Of a stretch of 64,000 bases of DNA, positions 28,995-39,605 are shown one piece after another (position 1 is the stretch's first letter; every line of letters begins with the position of its first letter). The position numbers were made by a program, and so were the translations under genes. The stretch is from Cyclobacteriaceae bacterium (lineage in GTDB: Bacteria > Bacteroidota > Bacteroidia > Cytophagales > Cyclobacteriaceae): NCBI GenBank assembly GCA_040222715.1, contig JAVKCN010000015.1:39163-103162 (forward strand). The letters run 5' to 3'. Below the pieces are notes generated by a model. That model ran no database searches, was not told the origin of the DNA, and was given only the letters and a program-made list of their open reading frames with translations.

Positions 28995-30344
28995 CTACAA
29001 CAATTCGTTGGCCAGATTGGCTAACTCAGACCTTTCACCACGTACCAGGGTTACGTGGGCGTAGAGCGGATGTTGGGCAACCCGATCAATAAGGTACGAC
29101 AGACCGTTACTTTGAGAATCCAGGTAGGGAGTGTCAATCTGATAGATATCTCCGGTAAACACAATCTTACAGTTCTCTCCCGCCCGGGTGATGATGGTTT
29201 TCACTTCGTGCGGAGTCAGGTTTTGGGCCTCATCCACGATGAAGAAGATATTGGATAAACTACGCCCACGAATATACGCCAACGGGGTAATTACCAGCTT
29301 CTCGTTATTGACCATCTCAGTGATACGGGTAAAGTCCTTATCGCTCTCAGAAAACTGGTTCTGAATGAACTTGAGATTATCCCACAGCGGCTCCATATAA
29401 GGATTAAGCTTGGACTTAATATCGCCTGGCAGATACCCAATGTCTTTATTACTCAAGGGAACAATAGGGCGCGCCAGATAAACCTGCTTGAAGTCACGCC
29501 GCTGTTCCAACGCACCAGCCAGAGCCAGCAACGTCTTGCCGGTACCGGCTACTCCCTGAACGGTCACCAACCGCACATTGGGGTTCATAATGGCATGCAA
29601 GGCAAAGGTTTGCTCGGCATTTTTGGGGCGGATTCCGTAGGCAGTTCGTTTATCCACCTTTTCCATCTTCTGAGTCTCGGGGTTGTAGTAACTCAGCGCT
29701 GAGTTCTTGGAGCTTTTCAGAATATAATACTGGTTGGATTTTACGTTTTTCAGTCCCCGAATATCTTCCACTTCACAGAAGCCATCCCGGTACATATCTG
29801 AAATTTTCTGACTGTTCACCCGTTCCAATACAGTCGTGCCCCGATCCAGATCATCTACGTGTTTGACTTTGCCGGTTTCATAATCCTGAGCCACCAGGTT
29901 GAGAGACTTGGCCTTCAGGCGCAGATTAATATCCTTCGTAACCAAGATGATGTTACGGTCAGGATAGGCTTCGCGCAGGGTGAGGGCGGCGTTCAGGATT
30001 TTGTGATCGGCTTTTCGTTCATCAAATATAAGTTCAGCATCCACCTCGCTCTCATTGCTCAATACTACCTTGAAACTACCTTTGGATTTTCCATTCAGCG
30101 GAATCCAGTCGGTCAGTGTGTGTTCAGCTGAAAGGGCATCTAACATGCGGATAAACTCCCGTGCCTCAAAATTCCGGGTATCACTCCCTTTTTTGAACTG
30201 ATCCAGCTCTTCCAGCACTGTAATGGGGATACCCACATCGTGCTCTTCAAAATTCATGATCGCATCGTGCGAATACAAAATTACAGATGTATCGAGTACA
30301 AATATTTTTTTAGCGTTCGTAACGCTCTTCTTACTTCGTGTCAT
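28995..30344 (-). CDS. PhoH family protein with N-terminal PIN domain (PhoH2/YlaK-like)
   Basis: FVLDTSV (PIN), LVTKDINLRLKA, Walker A GVAGTGKT, IRGRS, IVDEAQN. Confidence 0.92.
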   Translation of the reverse strand: MTRSKKSVTNAKKIFVLDTSVILYSHDAIMNFEEHDVGIPITVLEELDQFKKGSDTRNFEAREFIRMLDALSAEHTLTDWIPLNGKSKGSFKVVLSNESEVDAELIFDERKADHKILNAALTLREAYPDRNIILVTKDINLRLKAKSLNLVAQDYETGKVKHVDDLDRGTTVLERVNSQKISDMYRDGFCEVEDIRGLKNVKSNQYYILKSSKNSALSYYNPETQKMEKVDKRTAYGIRPKNAEQTFALHAIMNPNVRLVTVQGVAGTGKTLLALAGALEQRRDFKQVYLARPIVPLSNKDIGYLPGDIKSKLNPYMEPLWDNLKFIQNQFSESDKDFTRITEMVNNEKLVITPLAYIRGRSLSNIFFIVDEAQNLTPHEVKTIITRAGENCKIVFTGDIYQIDTPYLDSQSNGLSYLIDRVAQHPLYAHVTLVRGERSELANLANELL

Positions 30345-30421
30345 AAATTCAAGCTAATGTCTGCCTATACTTCGCAGGATACTACCTTATTTACTGGAGG
30401 GCAACAAAGTTAAAGAATAAT

Positions 30422-31138
30422 TCAGGAAAAGTTGAGAATGAACACGTCTTCTTTCTCTTTCGGTATGACTTTCAGCACATTAGCCAATACCAGGCGCACC
30501 AGGGTGCGGGATGCAACCCGGCGAGGAAGTTTTGCCAACAGGCTAAATTCACGTAAAGTAATTTTTTGATGCTGCTCGAGGTGCTGCATTAGCAGTTGCT
30601 CTTTATCACCGTAGGTAAAGCGAATATCCCGGGCATTACGGCTCTGCTTCAGGATTTGCCATACCTCCGTACTGGCTTGCAGACTTTTGTCCTGATGGCG
30701 CACATAAGCAGTGCCTTTGCGTCGATGTTGAGGTTTCTGAGGGGAGGGCGTAAATGGAGGATGGTCGGCTGCACCATTTTCAGAGAAAGATAAAGCACTA
30801 CTCAGCACCAGATATGGTTTCTGGGGACTTTCCTTAATGAAGTAATGCACCACCGCTCGTTTCTGGTTCAGGGGAATCACCTGATAATGGTAGTCAATCT
30901 GAGGGCGACACCAGCGCTGAATGGCACGCTCCAGCACAAAAATTTCCTCTTCGGCAAACTTAATACCCGGAATGCTCCCATCATCGTCCACCCCGATTAA
31001 CAAATGCCCTCCGGTAGTATTGGCAAATGCTACAATCTCCCGGACAATTTTATCAGGATGCGCGACTTTTCGCTTAAACTCAATATTTTCTCCTTCACCC
31101 TGCCCGACTAACCTCTGAATTTCCTGCAATGACATCAT
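30422..31138 (-). CDS. AlbA_2/Schlafen-like putative DNA-binding domain protein
   Basis: GEGENIEFKR...AFANTTGGHLLIGVDDDG; winged-HTH-like C-terminus. Confidence 0.85.
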   Translation of the reverse strand: MMSLQEIQRLVGQGEGENIEFKRKVAHPDKIVREIVAFANTTGGHLLIGVDDDGSIPGIKFAEEEIFVLERAIQRWCRPQIDYHYQVIPLNQKRAVVHYFIKESPQKPYLVLSSALSFSENGAADHPPFTPSPQKPQHRRKGTAYVRHQDKSLQASTEVWQILKQSRNARDIRFTYGDKEQLLMQHLEQHQKITLREFSLLAKLPRRVASRTLVRLVLANVLKVIPKEKEDVFILNFS

Positions 31139-31151
31139 TGTATGAATTGTC

Positions 31152-31249
31152 AGTAGGCGGTTGGCGGTAGGCGTAGGTTACATCACAGTTTATGGGTAAC
31201 AAATTTTATCAACTGTGGAGCGGACCCGGCCTCCTGCCAACGGCCTACT
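31152..31249. repeat. Nested imperfect inverted repeat (REP-like element)
   Basis: AGTAGGCGGTTGGCGG pairs with CCTGCCAACGGCCTACT; inner CACAGTT/AACTGTG. Confidence 0.6.
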
Positions 31250-31255
31250 ATTGTT

Positions 31256-32764
31256 TTAATCCTCATCCTCCTCATCATAATCCGACATGGAGAACATACT
31301 GCTTAGCAAATCTTTGAATTGGGTGCCCACCGTCAGTTGCTTCTTACTTACCTGGCTATACTCCGCCAAGCCATGTAAAGCAAACTCCATCATAAAAAAT
31401 TTCTCCTGCTCATCAAGTCCTTTATGGTATTCCCCTACCAGATCTTCTAATCCTGGGACATTTTTTAGTAGTTTCTTGTACTCGCTATTACTAAGATCGT
31501 TGAGTATGTCTATCTCATTCCCTTCCCCAAACCAGTTCACAATCTTACGGTAAGGATTTTTCTCCTTCTGCTTGCGCTTGTCTTCAGGATTTGGGAAATA
31601 GCCAACAAACTGCGTACGGATGGCTTTTCCCACCAGATTGTGGGCCACTATACCCGGTCCTTCCTGCTCCCCTTCGTATACCAGTTCTACCTTTCCGGTA
31701 ATGGAGGGAATCACTCCGATAAAATCGGATACCCGAATCACCGTTTGCTTTTCATTATTAATCAGTAATCGGCGTTCGGCAGAGCTGAGCAGGTTCTCGT
31801 AGGCTGAAATGGTCAGACGAGCGGATACTCCGCTTTTTTCATCTACGTATTCGCTATCGCGGGCTTCAAAGGAAATCTGTTCTATCAGGTCTTTTGCCAG
31901 GTCTGTCAAGGCAATTTTTTTCTGAGGCTCTTTAATATGTGCCTCCTGCTCGGTAATCTTACGGCTAATCTCAATTGAACGCGGATAGTGGGTGATAATC
32001 TGGCTATCAATCCGGTCTTTTAATGGAGTAACAATGCTACCGCGGTTGGTATAATCCTCCGGGTTGGCCGTGAAGACAAATTGAATATCCAGCGGCAGCC
32101 GCACCCGAAACCCGCGGATTTGAATATCTCCTTCCTGCAAAATATTGAAGAGGGCAACCTGAATTCGGGCTTGCAAGTCGGGCAACTCATTGATCACAAA
32201 AATACCTCGATGCGAACGAGGTATCAGGCCATAGTGAATCACCCGCTCGTCGGAGTACGGGAGTTTCAGCGAGGCGGCTTTGATGGGATCAGTATCTCCA
32301 ATCAAATCGGCTACAGACACATCAGGTGTGGCCAGTTTTTCGGTGTAGCGTTCGGAGCGATGCACCCAGGCAATGGGCGTTTTGTCTCCGTGTTCTTTTA
32401 CCATCATTTTGCCGTAGTGCGACAAAGGTTGCAGCGGGTCATCGTTTAGCTCGGTGTCTTTAATCACCGGCATGTACTCATCCATCAGGTCTACCATCAT
32501 CCGGGCCATTCTGGTTTTTGCCTGACCGCGTAATCCCAGAAAAATGATATTGTGCATGGACAAAATCGCTCGCTCAGTATCCGGAATAACGGACTCTTCG
32601 TAGCCCCAAATGCCGTCAAACACTTTTTCCCGATTTTGAAGTTTGTGAATGAGGTTATCCCGCAACTCTTGTTTTACTGACTTCGACTGGTAACCACTGG
32701 CTTTAAGCTCGCCCAGTGTGTGAATATTCACCAGTTTTTCAGAAGGTATCTCTTGGTATTTCAT
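31256..32764 (-). CDS. AAA+ ATPase, magnesium chelatase/MoxR-like
   Basis: Walker A-like GLRGQAKT, Walker B INELPDL, FTANPEDY, PLKDRI; follows a VWA gene. Confidence 0.85.
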   Translation of the reverse strand: MKYQEIPSEKLVNIHTLGELKASGYQSKSVKQELRDNLIHKLQNREKVFDGIWGYEESVIPDTERAILSMHNIIFLGLRGQAKTRMARMMVDLMDEYMPVIKDTELNDDPLQPLSHYGKMMVKEHGDKTPIAWVHRSERYTEKLATPDVSVADLIGDTDPIKAASLKLPYSDERVIHYGLIPRSHRGIFVINELPDLQARIQVALFNILQEGDIQIRGFRVRLPLDIQFVFTANPEDYTNRGSIVTPLKDRIDSQIITHYPRSIEISRKITEQEAHIKEPQKKIALTDLAKDLIEQISFEARDSEYVDEKSGVSARLTISAYENLLSSAERRLLINNEKQTVIRVSDFIGVIPSITGKVELVYEGEQEGPGIVAHNLVGKAIRTQFVGYFPNPEDKRKQKEKNPYRKIVNWFGEGNEIDILNDLSNSEYKKLLKNVPGLEDLVGEYHKGLDEQEKFFMMEFALHGLAEYSQVSKKQLTVGTQFKDLLSSMFSMSDYDEEDED

Positions 32765-32962
32765 GAAGCGTAAAGAAATGAATGATTAAAATCGCTGTGC
32801 GAAAGTCGCTACAACGCGGAAGTGAATGATTGATAGTAATCGTCTGGCTATGATGCTCATTCCAACATTGTGATACTGTGCTGGCCAAATCAGTCGGAAA
32901 ATCACTGCACTCTGGCGCGTGACGTCATCGGCCAATGAATATAAATAAAACGATTGAGTGCG

Positions 32963-34069
32963 TTATTGTTTGAAGTTTTTGCGTCGGTTACGGCGATAAT
33001 CTTCAAAGATCAGGTTTCCTAATCCTTTCAGGCTGCTGTAGTAAGCGTTTCCGCTGTTTACCTGCGTAAATTTCTGAACAAATTGTTTGAGGTAAGGATC
33101 GGAAGCAATCATAAAGGTGGTCACCGGAATGCCCAGACGACGGCACTGGGCGCCAAGGTTGAGTGTTTTGTTCAGTATCTTGCTATCCAGCCCAAAACTG
33201 TTTTTATAGTATTTAATGCCCTGCTTCAGGCAGGTAGGTTTTCCGTCCGTAATCATGAATATTTGCTTGTTCTGGGTTTTACGCCGTCGGAGAATATCCA
33301 TGGATAGTTCCAGCCCCGCCACCGTATTGGTGTGGTAAGGCCCTACCTGTAAGTAGGGTAAATCTTTGATCTGAATCTGCCAGGCGTCGTTGCCAAACAC
33401 GATAATGTCCAGCGTATCCTTGCGGTATTTGGTGGTAATTAACTCCGCCAGCGCCATGGCCACTTTCTTGGCCGGAGTGATCCGGTCTTCGCCGTACAGA
33501 ATCATGGAGTGCGAGATATCAATCATCAGCACCGTGGAGGTCTGCGTTTTGTACTCGGTATCATTGACCTCCAGATCGCCTTCGGTGAGCGTAAAATCCC
33601 CAATACCGTGGTTGATCTGGGCATTGCGAATGGAGTCGGTCATGGCAATCTGCTCCAGCGTATCGCCAAACTGGTAATCACGGCGGTCGGTACTGGGTTC
33701 GTCGCCAAACCCGCTGTAAGGGGTTTTATGCTCGCCCTTGCCCGACTTTTTCAGTTTGCCAAAAATCTCTTCCAGGGCGCTTTTCCTGATACTGCGTTCG
33801 GTTTTGGCAGTAATTTCAAACTCCCCTTTCGGGTTTTCATCGGTAATGTATCCTTTATCCTTCAGGTCCTGGATAAAATCGCCCATTCCGTAATCTTCGT
33901 TGGTAATGCCGTACTGGTTATCCAGACTGGTCATCCACTGCAATGTTTCAGACACATCTCCGGAGGTAACCACCATCAGTTCCATAAAGATTTTCAGGAG
34001 CTGGTCAAATGTGCTCTGTCCCTCTTGCTGAGGACCAGGGGTATATTCGGTAAATCGGTAGCCTATCAT
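32963..34069 (-). CDS. VWA domain-containing protein
   Basis: MIDAS motif IDISHSM, TNTVAGL, ITDG. Confidence 0.88.
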   Translation of the reverse strand: MIGYRFTEYTPGPQQEGQSTFDQLLKIFMELMVVTSGDVSETLQWMTSLDNQYGITNEDYGMGDFIQDLKDKGYITDENPKGEFEITAKTERSIRKSALEEIFGKLKKSGKGEHKTPYSGFGDEPSTDRRDYQFGDTLEQIAMTDSIRNAQINHGIGDFTLTEGDLEVNDTEYKTQTSTVLMIDISHSMILYGEDRITPAKKVAMALAELITTKYRKDTLDIIVFGNDAWQIQIKDLPYLQVGPYHTNTVAGLELSMDILRRRKTQNKQIFMITDGKPTCLKQGIKYYKNSFGLDSKILNKTLNLGAQCRRLGIPVTTFMIASDPYLKQFVQKFTQVNSGNAYYSSLKGLGNLIFEDYRRNRRKNFKQ

Positions 34070-34444
34070 ATCCTCGAGAACGTGGTTTAATCAGGTTTGT
34101 TTTCTGTATATATACGAAGCGTCTTCCAGAAATCAAAAAAGTAACTGTTCTGTAAAAACGGCTACTTTATGGGCAAAAGTTCATCAGTGTATTATACTTT
34201 TGGGGGAAGGCACAACTGGCAATTGTTCATTGCTTTATCATAGCTCATCAAACACTACTTCTGAAAAGGATCCATTGGTTTTCTATATCCCCTTTGTATT
34301 CTTTTTTCGATGTTAAACGCTAAAAAATGGCTTCCTATCCTAAACAATAGATTTCCATCGTTTTGTCCGGGATTTTCTGTTTGAAATGTAACAGGAATTT
34401 CGTTTGATAAGAGATGCTGAAAATATTCGCGTAAGACGGTGGTG

Positions 34445-35698
34445 CTATAGTATACGTTCCAGGCGAAACTTCTTTTTGAATAGAATACCACTACGATAAA
34501 TCTTCATGCGCACTCGCTTGCCCGGTCGGCGGCTCATCATGCTGCTAAACAGCCCCAGGTTCAGTTCCGGGAACTGCAATCCATTTACCGAGAGCACCAT
34601 ATCACCTTCCTGAATACCAACCTTGTCAGCCGGTGAACCGTCAATGACTTTACTCACCAGAAAGGTTTCCAACAGCGGCCCCACGGCGATTAACTCCATA
34701 CCACTCATGTTGTAATCGAAGGGTTGCCGGAAGTAGCGGTTTTTGTGCAGATACATGGCCTCATTAGCATAATCAAAAATTACCCGGAACCGCTTCAGCA
34801 CCGACCCTCCAATATTCCCATTATGTTCGGCTCGGGAGTGGGCTACTTGCAAAAAATCGCCTTCTTCCGGGAAAGAAGAAATTACGCCTTCGAGATCAAA
34901 ATCCTGGATAGACAATCCGGGTACCCGGGCCATATGCCCGAAGATTTCACCACTAAGCCCCCGCCCCAGATACCCGGAAAGGTGCGGGTCAGGCACCTTA
35001 ATAGAGTCGTTGCTGGCTGTATTGAGCATGAGTGAGTGGCTGGCTCCGGTATCAATCATCAGTTTGATATCTACCGTGGTAGAATCATTCACTGACAGCT
35101 TTATTCCATCGATATAGGGCTTGGTATCTTCTATGGTGATGGGAACCCTGGTAAACCGACGGCGGGGTTTGAAATATTCGGGTTTATGCAGCACCACTTC
35201 CTGCCGCATGTAATCTATCTCTACTACAAAACGACTGAAGATCTCATAACCCAGAATACCGTGTACCCGGGTGCCCAGATAACTGTCTAATCGTAAATAG
35301 TCTTCTTTCAGTACCAGCATGGCGTTTCCTTCGGCCGCTACGCCTTCGGGTAGAGCAAACGAAATACCATTGCTCACATAAGCGCTGACTTCACCTTCAT
35401 TACCCGCGCCCATCAGGGTGATCATCCGGTCGTTGATATCAGGAAGCCCCTCTACGTACAAGCCATTGGTCAGTATGGCCGTGCGTACTCCCGTATCCAG
35501 GATAAATTTTAATTCTTCACCGTTGTTTACCCGCACGGGAATGATGATCAGGTTACTCTGCAACTCAAAAGGAATGGATACGCGTTTGGCGCGATTATTC
35601 GTCATACGGAAGCCCCGATGGAATACCTGGGCCATTCCCGACGAAATCGTGAACGAGATACTGATTATCAAACATAAGGTACGAACGAAACTGCTCAT
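34445..35698 (-). CDS. Secreted aspartyl protease (two retropepsin-like domains) with C-terminal PDZ
   Basis: Two catalytic motifs LDTG and IDTG; VIDGSPADKVGIQEGD (PDZ); signal peptide from ATG 35698. Confidence 0.88.
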   Translation of the reverse strand: MSSFVRTLCLIISISFTISSGMAQVFHRGFRMTNNRAKRVSIPFELQSNLIIIPVRVNNGEELKFILDTGVRTAILTNGLYVEGLPDINDRMITLMGAGNEGEVSAYVSNGISFALPEGVAAEGNAMLVLKEDYLRLDSYLGTRVHGILGYEIFSRFVVEIDYMRQEVVLHKPEYFKPRRRFTRVPITIEDTKPYIDGIKLSVNDSTTVDIKLMIDTGASHSLMLNTASNDSIKVPDPHLSGYLGRGLSGEIFGHMARVPGLSIQDFDLEGVISSFPEEGDFLQVAHSRAEHNGNIGGSVLKRFRVIFDYANEAMYLHKNRYFRQPFDYNMSGMELIAVGPLLETFLVSKVIDGSPADKVGIQEGDMVLSVNGLQFPELNLGLFSSMMSRRPGKRVRMKIYRSGILFKKKFRLERIL

Positions 35699-36288
35699 AC
35701 ATCCTCTCATTTACTACAAATACTCCTAGTGCATCAGAACGGTGTCGCTTAAAAAAGGGTGGTTAGTCTGTAGGCTATATTCAATAACTAATTTAGAAAT
35801 ATACTAATAATATAGCAGATTATGCGTAATCTTTCCAATATTACAGTTTATTTTATCACCTTTTTTAGCATGGTATTTACTATACTACATTACGTGCATC
35901 TTCTACAAAAAGAAGCTGGCGTCAGGCTATAAATTAATCAGAAAAAACCACACAGCATTAATAAAACAGCAGATATCATGGTGCCTCGTTAGGGAATTCC
36001 CCTTGTTTGGGGGTAGTGACCTCCTACTTCCCCGCATTTCGAGAAAAAAAACCCAAACTTTTCTTATTCCCTCTTCAATATTTTGGCTGGATTACTTCGG
36101 ACTACGCGCAATGTCTGAGCGTCGAGTATGAGGAAGGGTCACAAAAAAGAAAGCATGAGCCTGCGCTGACAGGTACGTTGGTGCTATAAAGGTAAAACCG
36201 GCACAGCTTCTTCATCTGTTCATAATCTCTCGCCGCATTTACGAAAAAAGAAGATTTTTTTTATTTCTTTGCAGCCTAATTCCTATCC

Positions 36289-36873
36289 ATGTCCTCATTT
36301 TCGCTCTACTTCAACCTGGGCCTCACCCACATTCTGGATATCCAGGGCTACGATCATATCCTGTTTGTAGTCGCCTTATGCGCCTTATACATGCTGCGCG
36401 ACTGGCGTAAAGTATTAATCCTGGTAACGGCCTTCACTATTGGCCATTCTATTACCCTGGCTCTGGCTACCCTCAATATCATTCAGGTGAATGTCGGCCT
36501 CATCGAGTTTTTAATTCCGGTTACGATATTCATCACCGCCGTAAGCAATATTGTCCGCAGCCAGAAAAACCTGTCTCAGACCGGAGTACAGCTTAACTAT
36601 GGCTACGCCCTGTTTTTTGGCCTGATTCATGGTATGGGATTTTCTAATTACCTCCGCAGCCTGCTGGGCCGGGAAGAGAACATTGCGGTTCCCCTACTGG
36701 CCTTCAACCTGGGGCTGGAACTGGGTCAGATCGTGATTGTGATTACCGTATTGGTTACCGCTTCCATTTTTGTTACGATCTTAAATGTAGCCCGCCGCGA
36801 TTGGAAACTGGTACTTTCGTCAGCCGTAGCGGGAATCGCCCTGATCCTGATGATGGAAGCCAAGTTCTGGTAG
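36289..36873 (+). CDS. HupE/UreJ family membrane protein
   Basis: HILDIQGYDHILF, TAFTIGHSITL, FGLIHGMGF, FNLGLELGQ. Confidence 0.88.
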   Translation: MSSFSLYFNLGLTHILDIQGYDHILFVVALCALYMLRDWRKVLILVTAFTIGHSITLALATLNIIQVNVGLIEFLIPVTIFITAVSNIVRSQKNLSQTGVQLNYGYALFFGLIHGMGFSNYLRSLLGREENIAVPLLAFNLGLELGQIVIVITVLVTASIFVTILNVARRDWKLVLSSAVAGIALILMMEAKFW

Positions 36874-37095
36874 CTCGCCCAACTTAACACCCTGAGCATG
36901 CAATTTATTGGGTATAATGCAGCACAAACATCTGTTTATTTTGGAAAAACACATAAAAGCAGAAATTAAGATTGCTTAAATCGTTTTTCGCATAGCGTGT
37001 TTTTTCAAACCATTTCTGACGAGGGGAACATTTCATACAGAATTTGTGTAAATTTGCTACCCTGTTATCGATACATTACCTATCTATTAATACTT

Positions 37096-39438
37096 ATGAG
37101 ATACTTTGTTGCCTGCCTGAGCCTGATCTGCTTATTTATGCCTGCACTAACCTGGGCTCAGCAAGATAAGCATACCGACAAATTTGAGCAGTTGGGACCT
37201 GCCCTATTACCCACCCCCAATGTGTACCGCGCCGGATCAGGTGCTCCGGGGCACCAATACTGGCAGCAACGCGCTGATTATAAAATCCAGTGTACGCTGG
37301 ATGATGATACGCAGCGACTTACCGGATCAGAAACCATTACCTACTATAATAATTCGCCCGATGTGCTGGATTATCTATGGGTGCAGTTAGATCAGAACAT
37401 GCGCGCCAAAGATTCGGATACCTACAAAACGAATACGAATAGCATCTCTGACAAGATGAACTTAGACAATTTGGAGGCAATCATTGGCTATGATTTTGAC
37501 GGTGGCCATAAAATTCAGGCAGTGCAGGATGCTGATGGCAATGATCTACCCTACACCATCAACCGCACCATGATGCGAGTGGATATCCCTAAGCCTCTGA
37601 AACCCGGTGAAGACATCACTTTCTCAGTAGATTGGTATTACAATATCAATGACCGCAACCTGATGGGCGGTCGCGGTGGCTATGAATACTTCCCCGAGGA
37701 TGGTAACTATCTGTACACCATTACCCAGTGGTTCCCAAGAATGGCTGTATACGACGACCACAATGGGTGGCAGCATAAGCAATTCTTAGGTCGGGGCGAG
37801 TTTGCCCTTACCTTTGGTGATTACGAAGTAGAGATCACCGTGCCTTCCGACCACATTGTGGCTTCTACCGGAACACTGCAAAACCCGGAAGCTGTACTCA
37901 CTGCCGAGCAACGCGAACTGTATGAAAAATCCAAGACCGCTGATAAACCAGTAGTTATTGTAACGCAGGATGAAGTAGAGCAGAAAGAAAAACGACACGC
38001 CAAAGACACCAAAACCTGGATTTACCACGCTGACAGCGTTCGTGATTTCGCCTTCGGCAGTTCTCGCAAGTATATCTGGGATGCCATGGGCGTTGATATT
38101 GATGGACGTACCGTGATGGCCATGTCCTACTACCCAAAAGAAGGTAATCCGCTTTGGGAACAGTATTCTACTGAAGTCGTAGCGCATACTTTGAAAACAT
38201 ATTCCAAGCACACGATTCCTTACCCCTATCCAAAGGCAATCTCAGTGGAAGCCTCGAATGGCATGGAATATCCGATGATCTGCTTTAACTACGGGCGTCC
38301 GGCTGCGGATGGTACATACTCGGAGCGGGTTAAGTATGGTATGATTGGAGTGATTATTCACGAAGTAGGACATAATTTTTTCCCCATGATTGTGAACTCT
38401 GACGAGCGACAGTGGACCTGGATGGATGAAGGGCTGAATACGTTTGTACAGTACCTTACCGAGCAGGAATGGGACCGTAACTACCCATCCCGGCGGGGAC
38501 CAGCCTTTAAAATTGTGCCCTATATGAGCGGAGACAAATCGCAGATCAGTCCGATTATGACCAACTCGGAGCAAGTGCAGCAATTCGGCTGGAATGCCTA
38601 CGCCAAGCCCGCCACGGCCCTGAATATTCTGCGCGAAACAGTAATGGGTCGAGAACTGTTCGACTATGCCTTTAAAACTTATGCTGAACGCTGGGCCTTC
38701 AAGCACCCCGAACCCGGTGACTTTTTCCGAACAATGGAGGATGCCTCCGGCACTGATCTGGACTGGTTCTGGCGCGGCTGGTTCTACACCGTAGACCACA
38801 CCGATATTGGTATTGATCAGGTGAAATACTATCAGATCAACACCCAGAATCCCGAAATTGAAAAACCTATTGCCAAACAGCAGTATGAAGAAGAAGAGCA
38901 ACACATCAGCCAGATGTATAACAAAGACGATGTTGCTACCACGGCCATTGAGGCTGATCCTGCACTGTTAGACTTTTATAATAGATACGATCCTTTTGCT
39001 ATTACTCCTGAAGATGAAAAAGCCTACAATGCTTTTGTATCCAGCCTGGATGATAAGGAACGGCAGTTGATTGAGTCCAATAAAAATTTCTACGAGATCA
39101 CCTTTAAAAACACGGGAGGACTGGTAATGCCTATCATCCTGGAATGGACGTACGAAGACGGCAGCACCGAACTGGAGCGAATTCCAGCTGAGATATGGCG
39201 CCGCAATGCCGAACAGGTGACCAAAGTATTTGCGAAAGAAAAGCAGGTCACTCAGGTGGTGCTAGACCCTTACCGCGAAACAGCAGATACGGATGAAACC
39301 AACAATTACTTCCCCAAACGCAATGTACCCAGTCGCTTTGAGGTATTTAAAGAGCAGCAAAACGCCCGAGGCACTTCTGGAGAAAATCCTATGCAAAAGC
39401 AACGCAAGCGAGGGAACGGGAATATCGGGAATGAATAG
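37096..39438 (+). CDS. M1 family metallopeptidase, exported
   Basis: GMEYP, zinc motif HEVGH...WMDEG, YAKPA; signal peptide from ATG 37096. Confidence 0.92.
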   Translation: MRYFVACLSLICLFMPALTWAQQDKHTDKFEQLGPALLPTPNVYRAGSGAPGHQYWQQRADYKIQCTLDDDTQRLTGSETITYYNNSPDVLDYLWVQLDQNMRAKDSDTYKTNTNSISDKMNLDNLEAIIGYDFDGGHKIQAVQDADGNDLPYTINRTMMRVDIPKPLKPGEDITFSVDWYYNINDRNLMGGRGGYEYFPEDGNYLYTITQWFPRMAVYDDHNGWQHKQFLGRGEFALTFGDYEVEITVPSDHIVASTGTLQNPEAVLTAEQRELYEKSKTADKPVVIVTQDEVEQKEKRHAKDTKTWIYHADSVRDFAFGSSRKYIWDAMGVDIDGRTVMAMSYYPKEGNPLWEQYSTEVVAHTLKTYSKHTIPYPYPKAISVEASNGMEYPMICFNYGRPAADGTYSERVKYGMIGVIIHEVGHNFFPMIVNSDERQWTWMDEGLNTFVQYLTEQEWDRNYPSRRGPAFKIVPYMSGDKSQISPIMTNSEQVQQFGWNAYAKPATALNILRETVMGRELFDYAFKTYAERWAFKHPEPGDFFRTMEDASGTDLDWFWRGWFYTVDHTDIGIDQVKYYQINTQNPEIEKPIAKQQYEEEEQHISQMYNKDDVATTAIEADPALLDFYNRYDPFAITPEDEKAYNAFVSSLDDKERQLIESNKNFYEITFKNTGGLVMPIILEWTYEDGSTELERIPAEIWRRNAEQVTKVFAKEKQVTQVVLDPYRETADTDETNNYFPKRNVPSRFEVFKEQQNARGTSGENPMQKQRKRGNGNIGNE

Positions 39439-39446
39439 AGATGCGG

Positions 39447-39598
39447 TAAGCAGGAGGCTGGAGACAGGAGACGGTTGGCAGGCAGTTTGTTGAAACGTTA
39501 CAGTTTACAACTGTAAGGTTTGCTAACCGTCACTTATAACCTGTAACTCTATTTTATACAACTGCCCAATGCCTCCGGCTTACAACCTCCCGCCAACC
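39447..39598. repeat. Nested inverted-repeat element between convergent genes (REP-like)
   Basis: TAAGCAGGAGGC/GCCTCCGGCTTA, ACGGTTGGCA/TGCTAACCGT and TTACAGTT/AACTGTAA are nested arms. Confidence 0.6.
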
Positions 39599-39605
39599 TG
39601 ATCTA

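Noticed and set aside
34255-34491. 78-aa minus-strand ORF
   Set aside because: Overlaps the end of the aspartyl protease gene in another frame; no motif.
35980-36240. Possible riboswitch or decayed gene upstream of the HupE/UreJ gene
   Set aside because: No cobalamin, TPP or SAM core motifs recognised; minus-strand fragments look vaguely signal-peptide-like but match no family I know.
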